NCBI RefSeq assembly: GCF_026210795.1
Contig: NC_089430.1
Coordinates: 5,270,001-5,334,000 of the forward strand
DNA length: 64,000 bases
Source: Rhizophagus irregularis
Lineage: Eukaryota
Direction of reading: 5' to 3'
In this document: positions 1-11,930 of the stretch, one piece after another
How positions within the stretch are numbered: the first letter of the stretch is position 1
Layout: every line of letters starts with the position of its first letter
Translations under genes and position numbers: made by a program
Notes under the pieces: model-generated
Database searches by the model: none
What the model was told of the DNA's origin: nothing
The model's input: the letters and a program-made list of their open reading frames with translations, nothing else

Positions 1-3000
1 TTAAAAGGAGCTAATGTTCGTTGGATAGTTAATAAGTCATTTCTTGAAGTTGAAGAATCTAACAATTCCAAAATTATGTTATCTTGTATTTGTGGAGAAA
101 TTACGTGATTTTGCGTTAACGCTCGATGTATAATATCATATTTCTTTTTCGCAAAATCAAAAATGTTAAAAATATTAAATTCTATTAAGTTTGTAGGTTG
201 ACTAGGTGCAAATTGAGAATCTGTTAACAATGGTACTAAACATTCCCAGTCAGCAGAAAATGTACAAGGTGATCGTGTTGATAATGATGCATTAGCAGCA
301 CATCCATATTCCATACATTGATATATATAAGTATGTGTATCAGTACATTTAGACATATCAATATGAAAATGTTTAATAATAGGTCGTTGTGTTTCATCTA
401 TTCCTTGAATTTTACCAATAACTACGGAGTTAAATTGTGAATTATAAACTGCTATTAAAGATCTATTTTTTTAGTAATATTATATGATCGAGGCTCTTCC
501 ACATTGTCAACACGAGCGCTAAACAATTGTGTTATATTATGATTCAAATGAACACCATCTGAAGTAATTAAATTTCTAATATCAGAATACCATTTAGTTT
601 CTTTCCGTTGTGAAAAAACAGGAATATAAGCCTTAATAAGTATTTCTTTCCATAATAATAAACGAGATTTATCACCCGAAATAATTTGATCTAAAAATAA
701 AATATTTTTTTCACGAAGTCTCTTCCTATGTTTAGAATAATATGCATTATCTACCACATCTTCTAAAGGAATTTGACCACCTTTGATTGTTGGAAAAGTA
801 TTAATATCTAAATTTTCTAACGAAATATTATTATCGTAACATAATAGAAGCATATTAAGGATATAATTATTTTTTCGTGTATGCGGAACACGATTATAAG
901 GAAGTTTTTCTATCAATGGACGCGATGTCCATAATTGATCCTGTAAGGACTTTAAGTGAATTTCAGTAACTTTTCCTAATAGACCATTGTCGTTAAGTTG
1001 AATACAAAAATCTGTAATTTTGGATTGAAGTTGATTATCGTAAAAATCTCTATATCCATATATATATGGATTATCGAGTATAGCGTTAGGCGCAGAACGA
1101 GCGAATTTTAATTTGTTTTTAAACATCCTTCTAAAAGGAATAATTAAAGCTTCTGTTTGAGTTTTCGATAAAGCCATAACTTGCGACCAGTATTCAACTC
1201 TAGGAACGATAATTCTATTAAATATATATAAAATATGTTTATCAGTAATCTTCTTTTTGTACATAAGATTAACTAGATGATCTATTTCATTCTTGATCTT
1301 GAACATCAAATAATTTCCGTCATGTTTAATATTGAAATATACTTCCAGGATACACATAGGTTTGTGTGGATGTTTGGCTTTAATATTAATTTCTTCACGA
1401 CCAAACTTGATTAAAATTTTGTCATTATAATTATGAGAATATCTACGCTTCTCAGTTGTAGTCCTCATCATAAGCTCAGACTTTTCTTTGTTGATTTGAA
1501 TATCGTTAAGGCGATAAAATGTATCAGCAATGTATAACAACTTTTCCAATTTTGATTTTTCATCAGTAATCCATTGAGTATCATCCATGTACGCCATAAC
1601 GGAAACATGTTGTTGATTGAATACACCTTCTTCTTGAACCACTGATTTTGATATACAAGAAATATTATATCCCAATTGTTGTTGGTCAATTTCTGCCAAA
1701 AGAGGATCGTAATAAATATACCAAAGCAACGGTGAAATAACTTCTCCTTGATTGATTCCTGTAAGAACATCATAAGGTGCAGTTTTTCCATACGCAGTGA
1801 TAACTTGATTTTTTCTATCTTTAAAAAGCTCTAAAATAAGGGACGAAAAATCGTTAGGAATTTTAATTCTATCCATCGCTTTTCTGAGTTGAAAGATGTT
1901 CACACGATCATAAGCCTTTCCCATATCCTGAGAGAGTATCCATAATTCATTATTATTATCGATTGAATCTTGAATAACTTCGTTCATAATCCTTATCGGT
2001 TCAAACGTTGATTGTTTAGGCAAACCAGCAAATTGATTTGCCTTTAATACATTATTATCTTTCAAAATAATTGCTAAACGACGATTTAGCAAGGAATTCA
2101 ATGCTTTTCTAGTGGTTTCTAAAAGAGTAATAGGGCGAGAGTTCGACAATTCACAATTAAAGGGTTTAGGTTTAGCAATAGGAAAGACCGTCGCTTCTTT
2201 CCATTGTTTTGGTAAATATCCCAATTCTATAATCTTACAAATTAAATAATATAAAATATGATTACAATCATCACTTAAGTGTTTCAACATTTCATTCAAC
2301 ACGCCAGAGGGTCCTGTCGCTTTTCCATTAGACAATTGTCAGATAATATCTAACCATTCATCATAAGATGGAGCGTTCATAATGCCAGAATATATATTTT
2401 CGTTAATATGAGGCTGTGGTTTATATTGTTCTTTCCACCTGCCTTGTATTGGTTTCTTTCTATTAACAGAGCCCGCCACTGTTTGAAAATGATGATTTGT
2501 TTCTTCCATCACCTGATTCTCATCTGTAATTAAAACTTCATTACCATTATGATCTTTCTTATAAATTTTTTCAATTGAAATAGAAACCATTTCTTTTTCT
2601 GTAATAGATTGAATCATTCTCCCTTGATCATCTTTATAATTATCACATCGCTTCTTGATGCTAGAAATAATTTGTTCTTGTTCCATAATGTTAAGTTCAA
2701 GTTTAAAAACAATTCTCAATTGCTTTCTAATTTCATTAAGTTCATCAAGATATCTATGGAACTGATCATGATCTAAGAAATTAAAACTATTGTCAGAAGT
2801 AACTAACTCATACTTGTCTTTCAATTTAATTATCGCGTTTTGATAATTAATCCATTTGTCGATCGTTTTCTGATTTGGATAGTTTCTTAATCCTGTAATA
2901 CATGAGCGGATTTCTTGAATACGATTAATAATATATCTTAAGTCAAAGTATACGGACAACTTTTTCTCAGGAGCACATTTGAATTTCTGTTTAATAACCT

Positions 3001-4105
3001 TTTTATTTCTAATATTTTCGTTAGCAGATTTCATTATAAGTTGTCTAAGAGAATCCCACACATGATCAACATGTTTTCTTTTCGTGATCAATCAATTCTT
3101 TAATTTGAGTCTTTCGATTTCTTGATCCAAACCAGTACGGAACTTATCCCATGTGAATTCATCATCTTCCTGATCCATTTCCTCATATAAAAATACAGTA
3201 CGAGTTATTTTCTTTTTACTTTTGTTAATCTTAGGTAATGTTTTTTCTATAAACAATTGTGTATCAAGCGATAAAGTAACAGTATTATGATCCGTTGTAA
3301 AATGATCATTTTCTATTACAGTACTATTCAAACTTTGGCCAAGTATTGGTAATGAAGCCCAAATATAATCTATTCTTGATTTTTCATTAGAATCATTAGG
3401 CGGAATATAAGTATGTATATTTTCATCATCTTCATTAAATATTGGAATTGTATCTAAGAGGTGTCTATTTTCTAGCATTTTGAACAATTTGAAATACCAT
3501 CTATTATTAACAAATGCCATCAAGTATTTTCTATAATTAATATTGAAATCACCCATAATGATTATTTCCATATTCTTGTTTTTCGCATCATCGATAGTAT
3601 TTTCGATATATTGATACAACTCTTCAATTTGTGTTCTTTCTTTTTTATTAGCGTTAATGTACACCTGAATTAACCTAACATTTTTCTTTTGACTAAAATT
3701 TAAGTCTAGATATATAACACGGCCTTTATGACCAACCGCTTTATGAACAAATATATCGTATTTATCGCTAACGATAATTCCTACACCTTGACCTTTACCC
3801 CCTTGTTGTGAATAATCAAAATAACCATGGAAATCAAATTGTTGTTGCCATATTTTCGATTGTCTATAAGAAAGATTAGTCTCGGCTAATCCATATATGT
3901 CAATATCATTGTTTTTCATCGCGTCTAACGTGAAAATTAATTTGTCTTTACTAAGGGTACGAATATTCGTAGTAGCTATTTTCGTTATTGAAGAATTTTT
4001 TAAAGAATTTTTTGTAATTACTGGATTGTTATTTTCTATTTGGGGGAAATTTTTTTGTTGTTGTTGAGAAGAAGAAGGGAGAAAATTATTATAATTGTTC
4101 ATCAT
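1..4105 (-). pseudogene. LINE-A ORF2 (APE endonuclease + reverse transcriptase), disrupted
   Basis: APE motifs KIATTNIR, GLAETN, MGDFN, SRIDYIW, TDH; RT motifs RPITLLE, DMGKAYDRV, QGEVISPLL, AYMDDT. In-frame TGA at 3092-3094 and 2339-2341; frameshift in a T-run near 466-472, then an open frame to position 1. Confidence 0.93.
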
Positions 4106-4114
4106 TAAAAATAA

Positions 4115-6251
4115 TTAAACGACAGAATCATCAAAAACTTCATCATTATCCTCCAATAATGATGAAGCTGAAGGGCCGCCAGATAACATGTTGTAAAGAG
4201 ATGACAGTAAGGATTTAGTTTCCTGGTGATTTTGTTGTATTTGCTTTTGTTGGGCAACAATACTTTGGATATTTTGATCAGATTTTTGGAATTGTTGCGA
4301 TTGAATAATAGATTTATTCGCAAGTTCATCTTCATCTTCACTTGATTCAGAATCACTTTTACGGCGTCTTTTCGCTTTAACTTCTGCACTATTATCTGAT
4401 TATTGATTTTTCTTTTTCTTACTAACTAAAACTGGATGCGCTTTATCACATTTAAGCGCTTGTTGAGCCGTGACAACCTCACCAATTTGCTTGCCAGTAT
4501 CACTAATGAGTGACTCCATATTGAGCAATTTATCTTCAACCTTCCTTATGGAATTAATAATTTGTTCCTTGAATTTTAAAAACATCGGATGGTTATTAAA
4601 ATCTTCATTATCGTCCTCATCATTATTATGATTGCTGCGAGCTTTTCCTTGATCACGTAATCCAGAGGGGATATTCTTATTAGACTTAGAACTATTTCTG
4701 GGCTTTTGTTTAGATTTAGCCGCATCCGCATATGACTTTTTTAAATTTTTCCAATTATCAGCACCATTAACAAACCGTTTAGAATGAGATTTGTTAATAT
4801 CTTTGTTAGTACAGTCTTTGGCCATATGAGTGGGATTACTGCAAATATTACAAATGCGATCTTCCTCTTTACTCCAATATAACTGCCGAGTACCAGCATT
4901 GCCCTTTTTGAATTCAATATTCATTTGTCTGGCTGCTAACAAATCATCTCGCGAAGAAAAATGAATGTAAGCATAACGACATCTTTGATATTTACCATGA
5001 ATCATAACAGCTGGGATGAAACAAGTTTTCCCTTTACATTGTGTCATAACTTCCTTAAGATCATAACCACTAGTTTGATAATGTAAACCTGATAATCTTA
5101 ATGAGAATTGCTTCCTTATCTCGCGTTCCTCCTTGCTCAATAACAGGGGTAAGACTCTAACTATGTCTTTATTAATATGATAGCTCCATTGCTCCTTAAA
5201 GTAATTAATAGAAGTAGCATCCTTATAAGTAATGAAAGCAACTTGGTAAAGACCAGCACCTCTCGTATAAATTTTCTTAATTTCGCCAAGATCTTCAAAG
5301 GACTCACAAATTTTGCGTACCTGTCGAAACACGGGAATATCGATCACTTGAATTGTACGACTATTGGAATTTTGTGATGTATCACTATCCTTTTCATTTG
5401 TAACAACCACCTTTTCAGGCCTTAATGGGGTAGGTTGGAGTTTCACATTAAACACTTCACCTGAATCACCTTCTTTTTGCTCCTGAATAACAAGTTCCAT
5501 TTTATTTTTCTTTATCCAAAAATAATACCTTGGCCCCTTGTTTCCCCAACGGGGTAACTGGAAGTTGTTTGTTATACTGGATATTATAGGTTTGTAGCGC
5601 CTTTTTAATTTTAGTAGTTTTTAAACCTTTTCCTCCAATAAGCTCACCGAATGGAACAAGTGCAATGTGCTCTTTTACTTTTTCTATAGTAACGATCGAT
5701 GGGTCTTTGTTAGAAATACTAGGATCAACATCCATGGGCTGGGACCCTTGATCGGCTTGCAGATTAATCTTTTCCTGATTAGGCAATACAACAGATTGTT
5801 GTTGATCCGTATGAGGAGTTGAAGTAATTTCTTTGTTAAGAGTTGGAACCTTATTGGTTCCATTCACGTTGTTAACAATATTCTGCGGAGGTAAGGGAGG
5901 GTCACGTGACAAATCTTTCGCGACCGCCTTGGACTTTTCAGTAGCTATTCCTTTGACGTTACCAGAAGGAGATTTGGAGTTTAAGCCATAAGTATCCTGA
6001 ACAATACTTTTTTCCATGTCCATAGCACGTTCCGCTTCCATGGCTTCTGTCATCTTTTTATCAGAAGTTGGTTGCAGCTTTTTTTGATATGTTTTCCAAA
6101 TACTCTCATGACGAGAAGCAGTTTCCTTCGGTGCACTGAAGGTGAACTGGTTTTCAGGACTAGTTGGCCTACTTCCACCTGCTTGGGAATTACGGCTTGA
6201 GCTACGTGTTTGTCTACCACCTCTACCACCTCGTTTAGCGTTTCCAGACAT
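4115..6251 (-). pseudogene. LINE-A ORF1 (RRM-like domains + CCHC zinc knuckle), disrupted
   Basis: CNICSNPTHMAKDC = CX2CX4HX4C; RRM-like RTIQVIDIPV...RYAYIHF; frameshift near 5501-5510; premature TAA 4400-4402; frame continues to TAA 4115-4117. Confidence 0.88.
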
Positions 6252-6606
6252 TTTCTATAGATTGTTAGATATTTACTGCGGATTTTAAGCGATTTTAACA
6301 ATTTGTAAGAAAGAGTTTTTTTCGGGTTTACAAATTCCGTATATTAAAACAATAAAAAGATATTATTGGGCGTTTTTTATAAAACTAGTAACGATTTTGT
6401 TGATCATTTGTTGATCATTTATTTTAAATTTATTATAAATTTTGTCACGAGATTTTCTATGGAAATCATTTCTCAATTTGTTATTAAAACACCTGCTGAA
6501 TTGCCTCGAAATTGAAAATCATTTCCCTTTTTATAAAAAAATTTCCTTTTTGGTAAAAAACTCAGATTAATCTTATATAACTTTATGTAAATGTCAATGT
6601 CAATGT

Positions 6607-8539
6607 GAAAAATGTAAAAAAAAAAACTTCTTCCCCAAATTATTAAAAACATAACAATTCCGCAGTAAAAATAATATTTTTACTCAGTTTTTTATTAATA
6701 TGGAAGATAGTAGAAAATATCCTATAGCCGAACATAAATTTCCTTATGGCTCCGGCGACGAATATAATTTTTTATTAAAAACATATCACCATTTTATAAA
6801 ATTTTGTGAAAGTCTAGCTTCTTCATTTTTTTCAGGTCATGACACAGAAGTTCAGCGTAATATACTGCGCTCTAATTTTGGCCTTTCAGATGAAGATATT
6901 AATAGTTGGAAAGAAAGGGCTTCACGCTACAACATGTCAACTGAAAGTTTCACATTTTTTCTACATATAGCAATATCCTCTGCGGTGGATGGTTTCCAAG
7001 CACGAAGGAAAGAATTAGAAACTATTGTAGATCACGTGACTAAATATAGAGAGACATCTAGCAAAAAGTCCAAAAAAATCGACAAAAAAAAGAAAAAGTC
7101 AAATAAATCCAAACACCGTTCCATAATTAATTCTGACGTAGATTCAGATGAATTAGATGATTTTCTTGATAAGGCAAATGAAGAGTTCGCTCATTTAAAT
7201 TTTTCTTCCGATGATCGAGATTCTAATATAAATCGGCCGATCGCGACAGCCTCTGGATCAAAAATGGATGTTGATCATCCGATTAATACAAATGAGTCAT
7301 CAAATACGGTCTTACAATCGGTACCTAATAAGCCTCAGTCGCAGCCTATACAAATACCGGAGAAAAGTATTACCGATTCAACAAAATCTTCAAATAAAAA
7401 TAAGAAGTTGAATAAACACCTTATCGAAAAAGTTATTACAGGTCATAAGCCAGCTGATGATGATACATCAAGAGTTAGAGATATTCTGGTTTACGACGTC
7501 CCAGTATCCTGGACGGCAGAATATATTCTGCAACAGTTAACGCTGTGGGGAAAGCCTATCGATATTCAGATGAAACAACAAAGAAAATATCAGACTGTTC
7601 GTTTGAAGATAGAGTTAAGTACCTTTCGTCTTGCCCAATTTGAAGTTAATGAAAATCCTGTGTGGACAACAGATTTAGGGGGGATACCGGTAAGATGGTT
7701 TCCAGCAAGGTGGACTCTCAAAGAACGAAAACAACGTGAGAAATTCCAAGCTACGATTAGAAAAATTCCAGATTCTATGACGTATGCAGCCTTATGGGTC
7801 GACCGTCTCCCACATACTTTTCTTTCTTCGGTTAGAGGGTTGAAAAGTTTTAAAATTATTCAAACAGCTCGGGGTGAACGTAAACTTATTGGTTATTTCG
7901 AAAAGTGGGTTGATATGCGGAATGCATTAGATAATCAATTCGTTTGGGATCATCAGTACCTATCTTGGAACCGATACGAACCTCCGATGCAACAAACAAG
8001 GTCGCATGGTAGTAATGCCAACAAGAACCAAGGAACTTCACGAAGTCAATCGACTAACAAACATCAACGAAATTCAAAGAATTCGAAGAAGAAACCAGAA
8101 GAGACGAAGTCTGAAAAGCCAAAGAAGCACAAGAAAGACAAGTCCCGTAAATCATCGAGATCGAAGGTCTTAGCGGAATTTATAGATGTTTTGCGTAAAC
8201 TAATAATTTAGGTTTTAGAATTGAGGGTAAAATAGTGGTTCAAAGGTGCCAATTTTATTTTTTTTCATAAAATTTTTATTCCTCGTTATTTTATCCATTT
8301 ATTTTCTGTTTGTTCGCCCTTTAGGGTTGATTTATTTTTTGTTTTTGTTTTTTTTCCCCCTTCCCCTTTTTATGGTCATATTCTTTATCCCAATTTTTAA
8401 GCCAGTAGGTCTTTAAATATTCGTTATTTTTAGATTAGCTGTTGTAGGTTACTCGCTGTTTACTTTTGTATTTGCATTTTGTTAACTTACATAACCATGT
8501 AAATTTTTCTTTTCTATTTAATAAAGTGTGATCGGTTTG

Positions 8540-8572
<33 letters not shown>
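6607..8572 (+). mobile_element. ORF1-only polyA retroelement (HAL1-like non-autonomous LINE derivative)
   Basis: Single ORF; AATAAA near 8520; 30-nt polyA 8543-8572; flanking direct repeat AAATGTCAATGTCAATGT (6589-6606, 8570-8587); uninterrupted paralogous site at about 10824-10910. Confidence 0.85.
6700..8211 (+). CDS. LINE ORF1-like protein, 503 aa, intronless, two RRM-like domains, Lys-rich segments, no CCHC knuckle
   Basis: Aligns by eye with LINE-A ORF1: RDILVYDVPV~RTIQVIDIPV; KYQTVRL~LYQVAFI; VRWFPARWTLKERKQREKF~VRVLPLLLSKEEREIRKQF; LSW~LYW. Confidence 0.82.
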   Translation: MEDSRKYPIAEHKFPYGSGDEYNFLLKTYHHFIKFCESLASSFFSGHDTEVQRNILRSNFGLSDEDINSWKERASRYNMSTESFTFFLHIAISSAVDGFQARRKELETIVDHVTKYRETSSKKSKKIDKKKKKSNKSKHRSIINSDVDSDELDDFLDKANEEFAHLNFSSDDRDSNINRPIATASGSKMDVDHPINTNESSNTVLQSVPNKPQSQPIQIPEKSITDSTKSSNKNKKLNKHLIEKVITGHKPADDDTSRVRDILVYDVPVSWTAEYILQQLTLWGKPIDIQMKQQRKYQTVRLKIELSTFRLAQFEVNENPVWTTDLGGIPVRWFPARWTLKERKQREKFQATIRKIPDSMTYAALWVDRLPHTFLSSVRGLKSFKIIQTARGERKLIGYFEKWVDMRNALDNQFVWDHQYLSWNRYEPPMQQTRSHGSNANKNQGTSRSQSTNKHQRNSKNSKKKPEETKSEKPKKHKKDKSRKSSRSKVLAEFIDVLRKLII

Positions 8573-8574
<2 letters not shown>

Positions 8575-8924
8575 TCAATGTCAATGTCAATGACAATGAC
8601 AATGAAAAAAACTTTTAATGCCAACTTTTCGCAAAAACTCTTCCTGTGCCACTAAAAGTCCCTGTTAAATTGTTGCATCATTCAATATTTGCATAATTTC
8701 ATTTTTTTGTTGATCATTAAAATTTCATAAAATATTGCAAAAAAATAAAAAAATTGTAAAAAAAAACGTTTCAGCGTTTTTTCATATAATATTATTAAAA
8801 AAAAATGCCAAAAACTTTTTTTTTTGCATTACTATTAAGAAAAAAACGTTTTGGCATTTTTCCATATAAAATTATAAAAAAAATAACACAAAAACATTTT
8901 TTCTTCATTTTTTATTTTTTTAAC

Positions 8925-9550
8925 AAAAAATGTCAAGACTGACGTTTTTAATTAAAAAAAACCAATATTTTTTTGATTTTTAATCACAAAAATGTCAAGT
9001 CTGACGTTTTTAATTAAAAAAATCATTTTTTTTTGATTTTTTAATTACAAAAATGTCAAGTCTGACGTTTTTAATTTAAAAAAAACCAATATTTTTTTAA
9101 TTTTTATTTTTTAATCACAAAAATGTCAAGTCTGACGTTTTTTAATTAAAAAAATCATTTTTTTGATTTTTTAATAACAAAAACGTCAAGTCTGATGTTT
9201 TTAATCAAAAAAATCATTTTTTTTGATTTTTTAATTACAATAACGTCAAGTCTAACGTTTTTAATCAAAAAATCATTTTTTTTTAATTTTTTAATTACAA
9301 AAACATCAAGTCTGACATTTTTAATCAAAAAAATCATTTTTTTTGATTTTTAATCACAAAAACATCAAGTCTGACATTTTTAATTAAAAAAAACCAATAT
9401 TTTTTTTGATTTTTAATCACAAAAACGTCAAGTCTGACGTTTTTAATAAAAAAATCATTTTTTTTGATTTTTTAATTACAAAAATGTCAAGTCTGACGTT
9501 TTTAACTAAAAAAATCAATTTTTTTGATTTTTAATTACAAAATTGTCAAA
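8925..9550. repeat. About 60-bp tandem array with internal hairpin (AAAAACGTCAAGTCTGACGTTTTT)
   Basis: Roughly ten degenerate units; subterminal array of the partial element copy. Confidence 0.9.
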
Positions 9551-9556
9551 TCTAAC

Positions 9557-11930
9557 TAGAGTAACTTGGTAATTATTAGTGAGTTATAATCATTATACTG
9601 TCAGATTGACTCGAAAATTTTGGGTCGGGTCATCAAACGTTTTTATAATTAAATATAAAAAAAATTGATTTTTTTATTAAAAACGTCAGACTTGACGTTT
9701 TTATGATTAAAAAATCATTTTTTACGTTAGATTTGATTAAAAATCAAAAAAATTGATTTTGTTGGTTAAAAATGTAAGACTTGGCGTTTTTGTAATTAAA
9801 AAATCAAAAAAAAAAATGATTTTATTAATTAAAAATGTCAGACTCGACGTTTTTGTAATCAAAAAATCAAAAAAATGTTTTTTTTAGTTAAAAACGTCAG
9901 ACATGACATTTTTGTGATTAAAAATAAAAAAAAATGTCAGACTTGACGTTTTTGTAATTAAAAAATCAAAAAAATGACTTTTTTAGTTAAAAAACGTCAG
10001 GCTTGACGTTTTTGTAATTAAAAAATCAAAAAAATGACTTTTTTAGTTAAAAAATGTCAGGCTTGACGTTTTTGTAATTAAAAAATCAAAAAAATGACTT
10101 TTTTAGTTGAAAAACGTCAGGCTTGACGTTTTTGTAATTAAAAAATCAAAAAAATGACTTTTTTAGTTGAAAAACGTCAGGCTTGACGTTTTTGTAATTA
10201 AAAAATCAAAAAAATGACTTTTTTAGTTGAAAAACGTCAGGCTTGACGTTTTTGTAATTAAAAAATCAAAAAAATGACTTTTTTAGTTGAAAAACGTCAG
10301 GCTTGACGTTTTTGTAATTAAAAAATAAAAATCAAAAAAATATTGGTTTTTTTTAATTAAAAACGTCAGACTTGACGTTTTTGTTATTAAAAAATCAAAA
10401 AAAAATGATTTTTTTAATTTAAAACGTCAGACTTTGACATTTTTGTGATTAAAAATCAAAAAAATATTAGTTTTTTTAATTAAAAACGTCAGTCTTGACA
10501 TTTTTTGTTAAAAAAATAAAAAATGAAGAAAAAACGTTTTTGTGTTATTTTTTTTATAATTTTATATGGAAAAATGCCAAAACGTTTTTTTCTTAATAGT
10601 AATGCAAAAAAAAAGTTTTTGGCATTTTTTTTAATAATATTATATGAAAAAATGCTGAAACGTTTTTTTTACAATTTTTTTATTTTTTTGCAATATTTTA
10701 TGAAATTTTAATGATCAACAAAAAAATGAAATTATGCAAATATTGAATGATGCAACAATTTAACAGGGACTTTTAGTGGCACAGGAAGAGTTTTTGCGAA
10801 AAGTTGGCATTAGAAGTTTTTTTCATTGTCATTGACATTGACATTGACATTGACATTGACATTGACATTGACATTGTCACTGACATTGACATTGTCATTG
10901 ACATTTACAATAAAGTTATATAAGATTAATCTGAGAGTTTTTTACCAAAAAGGAAATTTTTTATAAAAAGGGAAATGATTTTCAATTTCGAGGCAATTCA
11001 GCAGGTGTTTTAATAACAAATTGAGAAATGATTTCCATAGAAAATCTCGTGACAAAATTTATAATAAATTTAAAATAAATGATCAACAAATGATCAACAA
11101 AATCGTTACTAGTTTTATAAAAAACGCCCAATAATATCTTTTTATTGTTTTAACGTAAAAAATAATTTTTTGAATCATAAAAATATCAAATCTGACGTTT
11201 TTAATTAAAAAATCATTTTTTTTTGATTTTTTAATTAAAAAACGTCAAGTCTGACGTTTTTTAACTAAAAAAGTCATTTTTTTTGATTTTTTAATAACAA
11301 AAACGTCAGGTCTGACGTTTTTTAACTAAAAAAGTCATTTTTTTTTGATTTTTTAATTACAAAAACGTCAAGTCTGACGTTTTTTAACCAAAAAAAGTCA
11401 TTTTTTGATTTTTTAATTACAAAAATGTCAAGTCTGACATTTTTTAACTAAAAAAGTCATTTTTTTGATTTTTTAATTACAAAAACATCAAATCTGACGT
11501 TTTTAATTAAAAAAATCATTTTTTTTATTTTTAATCACAAAAATGTCATGTCTGACGTTTTTTAACTAAAAAAGTCATTTTTTTTTGACTTTTTAATTAC
11601 AAAAACGTCAAGTCTGATGTTTTTTAACTGAAAAAGTCATTTTTTTTTTGATTTTTTAATTACAAAAACGTCAAGCCTGACATTTTTTAACTAAAAAAGT
11701 CATTTTTTTGATTTTTTAATTACAAAAACGTCAAGCCTGACATTTTTTAACTAAAAAAGTCATTTTTTTGTTTTTTTTAATTACAAAAACGTCAAGTCTG
11801 ACATTTTTAATAAAAAAATCAATTTTTTTTATATTTAATTATAAAAACGTTTGATGACCCGACCCAAAATTTTCGAGTCAATCTGACAGTATAATGATTA
11901 TAACTCACTAATAATTACCAAGTTACTCTA
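9557..11930. mobile_element. Non-autonomous foldback-like DNA transposon, probably hAT
   Basis: TIRs over 100 bp (TAGAGTAACTTGG...CCAAGTTACTCTA); inverted subterminal 60-bp arrays at about 9660-10500 and 11180-11830; no credible ORF; flanks do not form a TSD. Confidence 0.85.
10824..10906 (+). repeat. (CATTGA/CATTGT)n hexamer microsatellite
   Basis: Directly visible; its inverted counterpart is the target of the ORF1-only element. Confidence 0.95.

Larger units (their letters stand above)
1..6330 (-). mobile_element. Non-LTR retrotransposon (LINE-A), 5'-complete, 3' part runs off the window; inactivated
   Basis: ORF1 followed by APE-RT ORF2 on the minus strand; short 5' UTR upstream of ATG 6251; 5' boundary approximate. 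Confidence 0.93.
6344..9556 (-). mobile_element. Partial inverted copy of the non-autonomous element at 9557-11930, interrupted by a retro-insertion
   Basis: 6344-6606 and 8573-9556 are reverse complements of about 9726-11153 with scattered differences. Confidence 0.85.

Noticed and set aside
2339..3094. In-frame TGA codons as recoding or an alternative genetic code
   Set aside because: Element also has frameshifts and a TAA; Trp is TGG elsewhere; CGA-to-TGA decay explains them
4105..4389. 94-aa ORF with TAATG stop-start overlap into ORF2
   Set aside because: Off-frame shadow; true ORF1 continues in another frame to TAA 4115-4117
6325..6343. TATACGGAATTTGTAAAC at the LINE-A 5' junction resembling 12017-12034
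   Set aside because: Short and AT-rich; similar TACGGAATTT occurs at 19282 and 53466; no mechanism can be supported
9660..10500. 60-bp hairpin-containing tandem units resembling a CRISPR array
   Set aside because: No unique spacers, no cas genes, eukaryotic context; they are subterminal arrays of a TIR element
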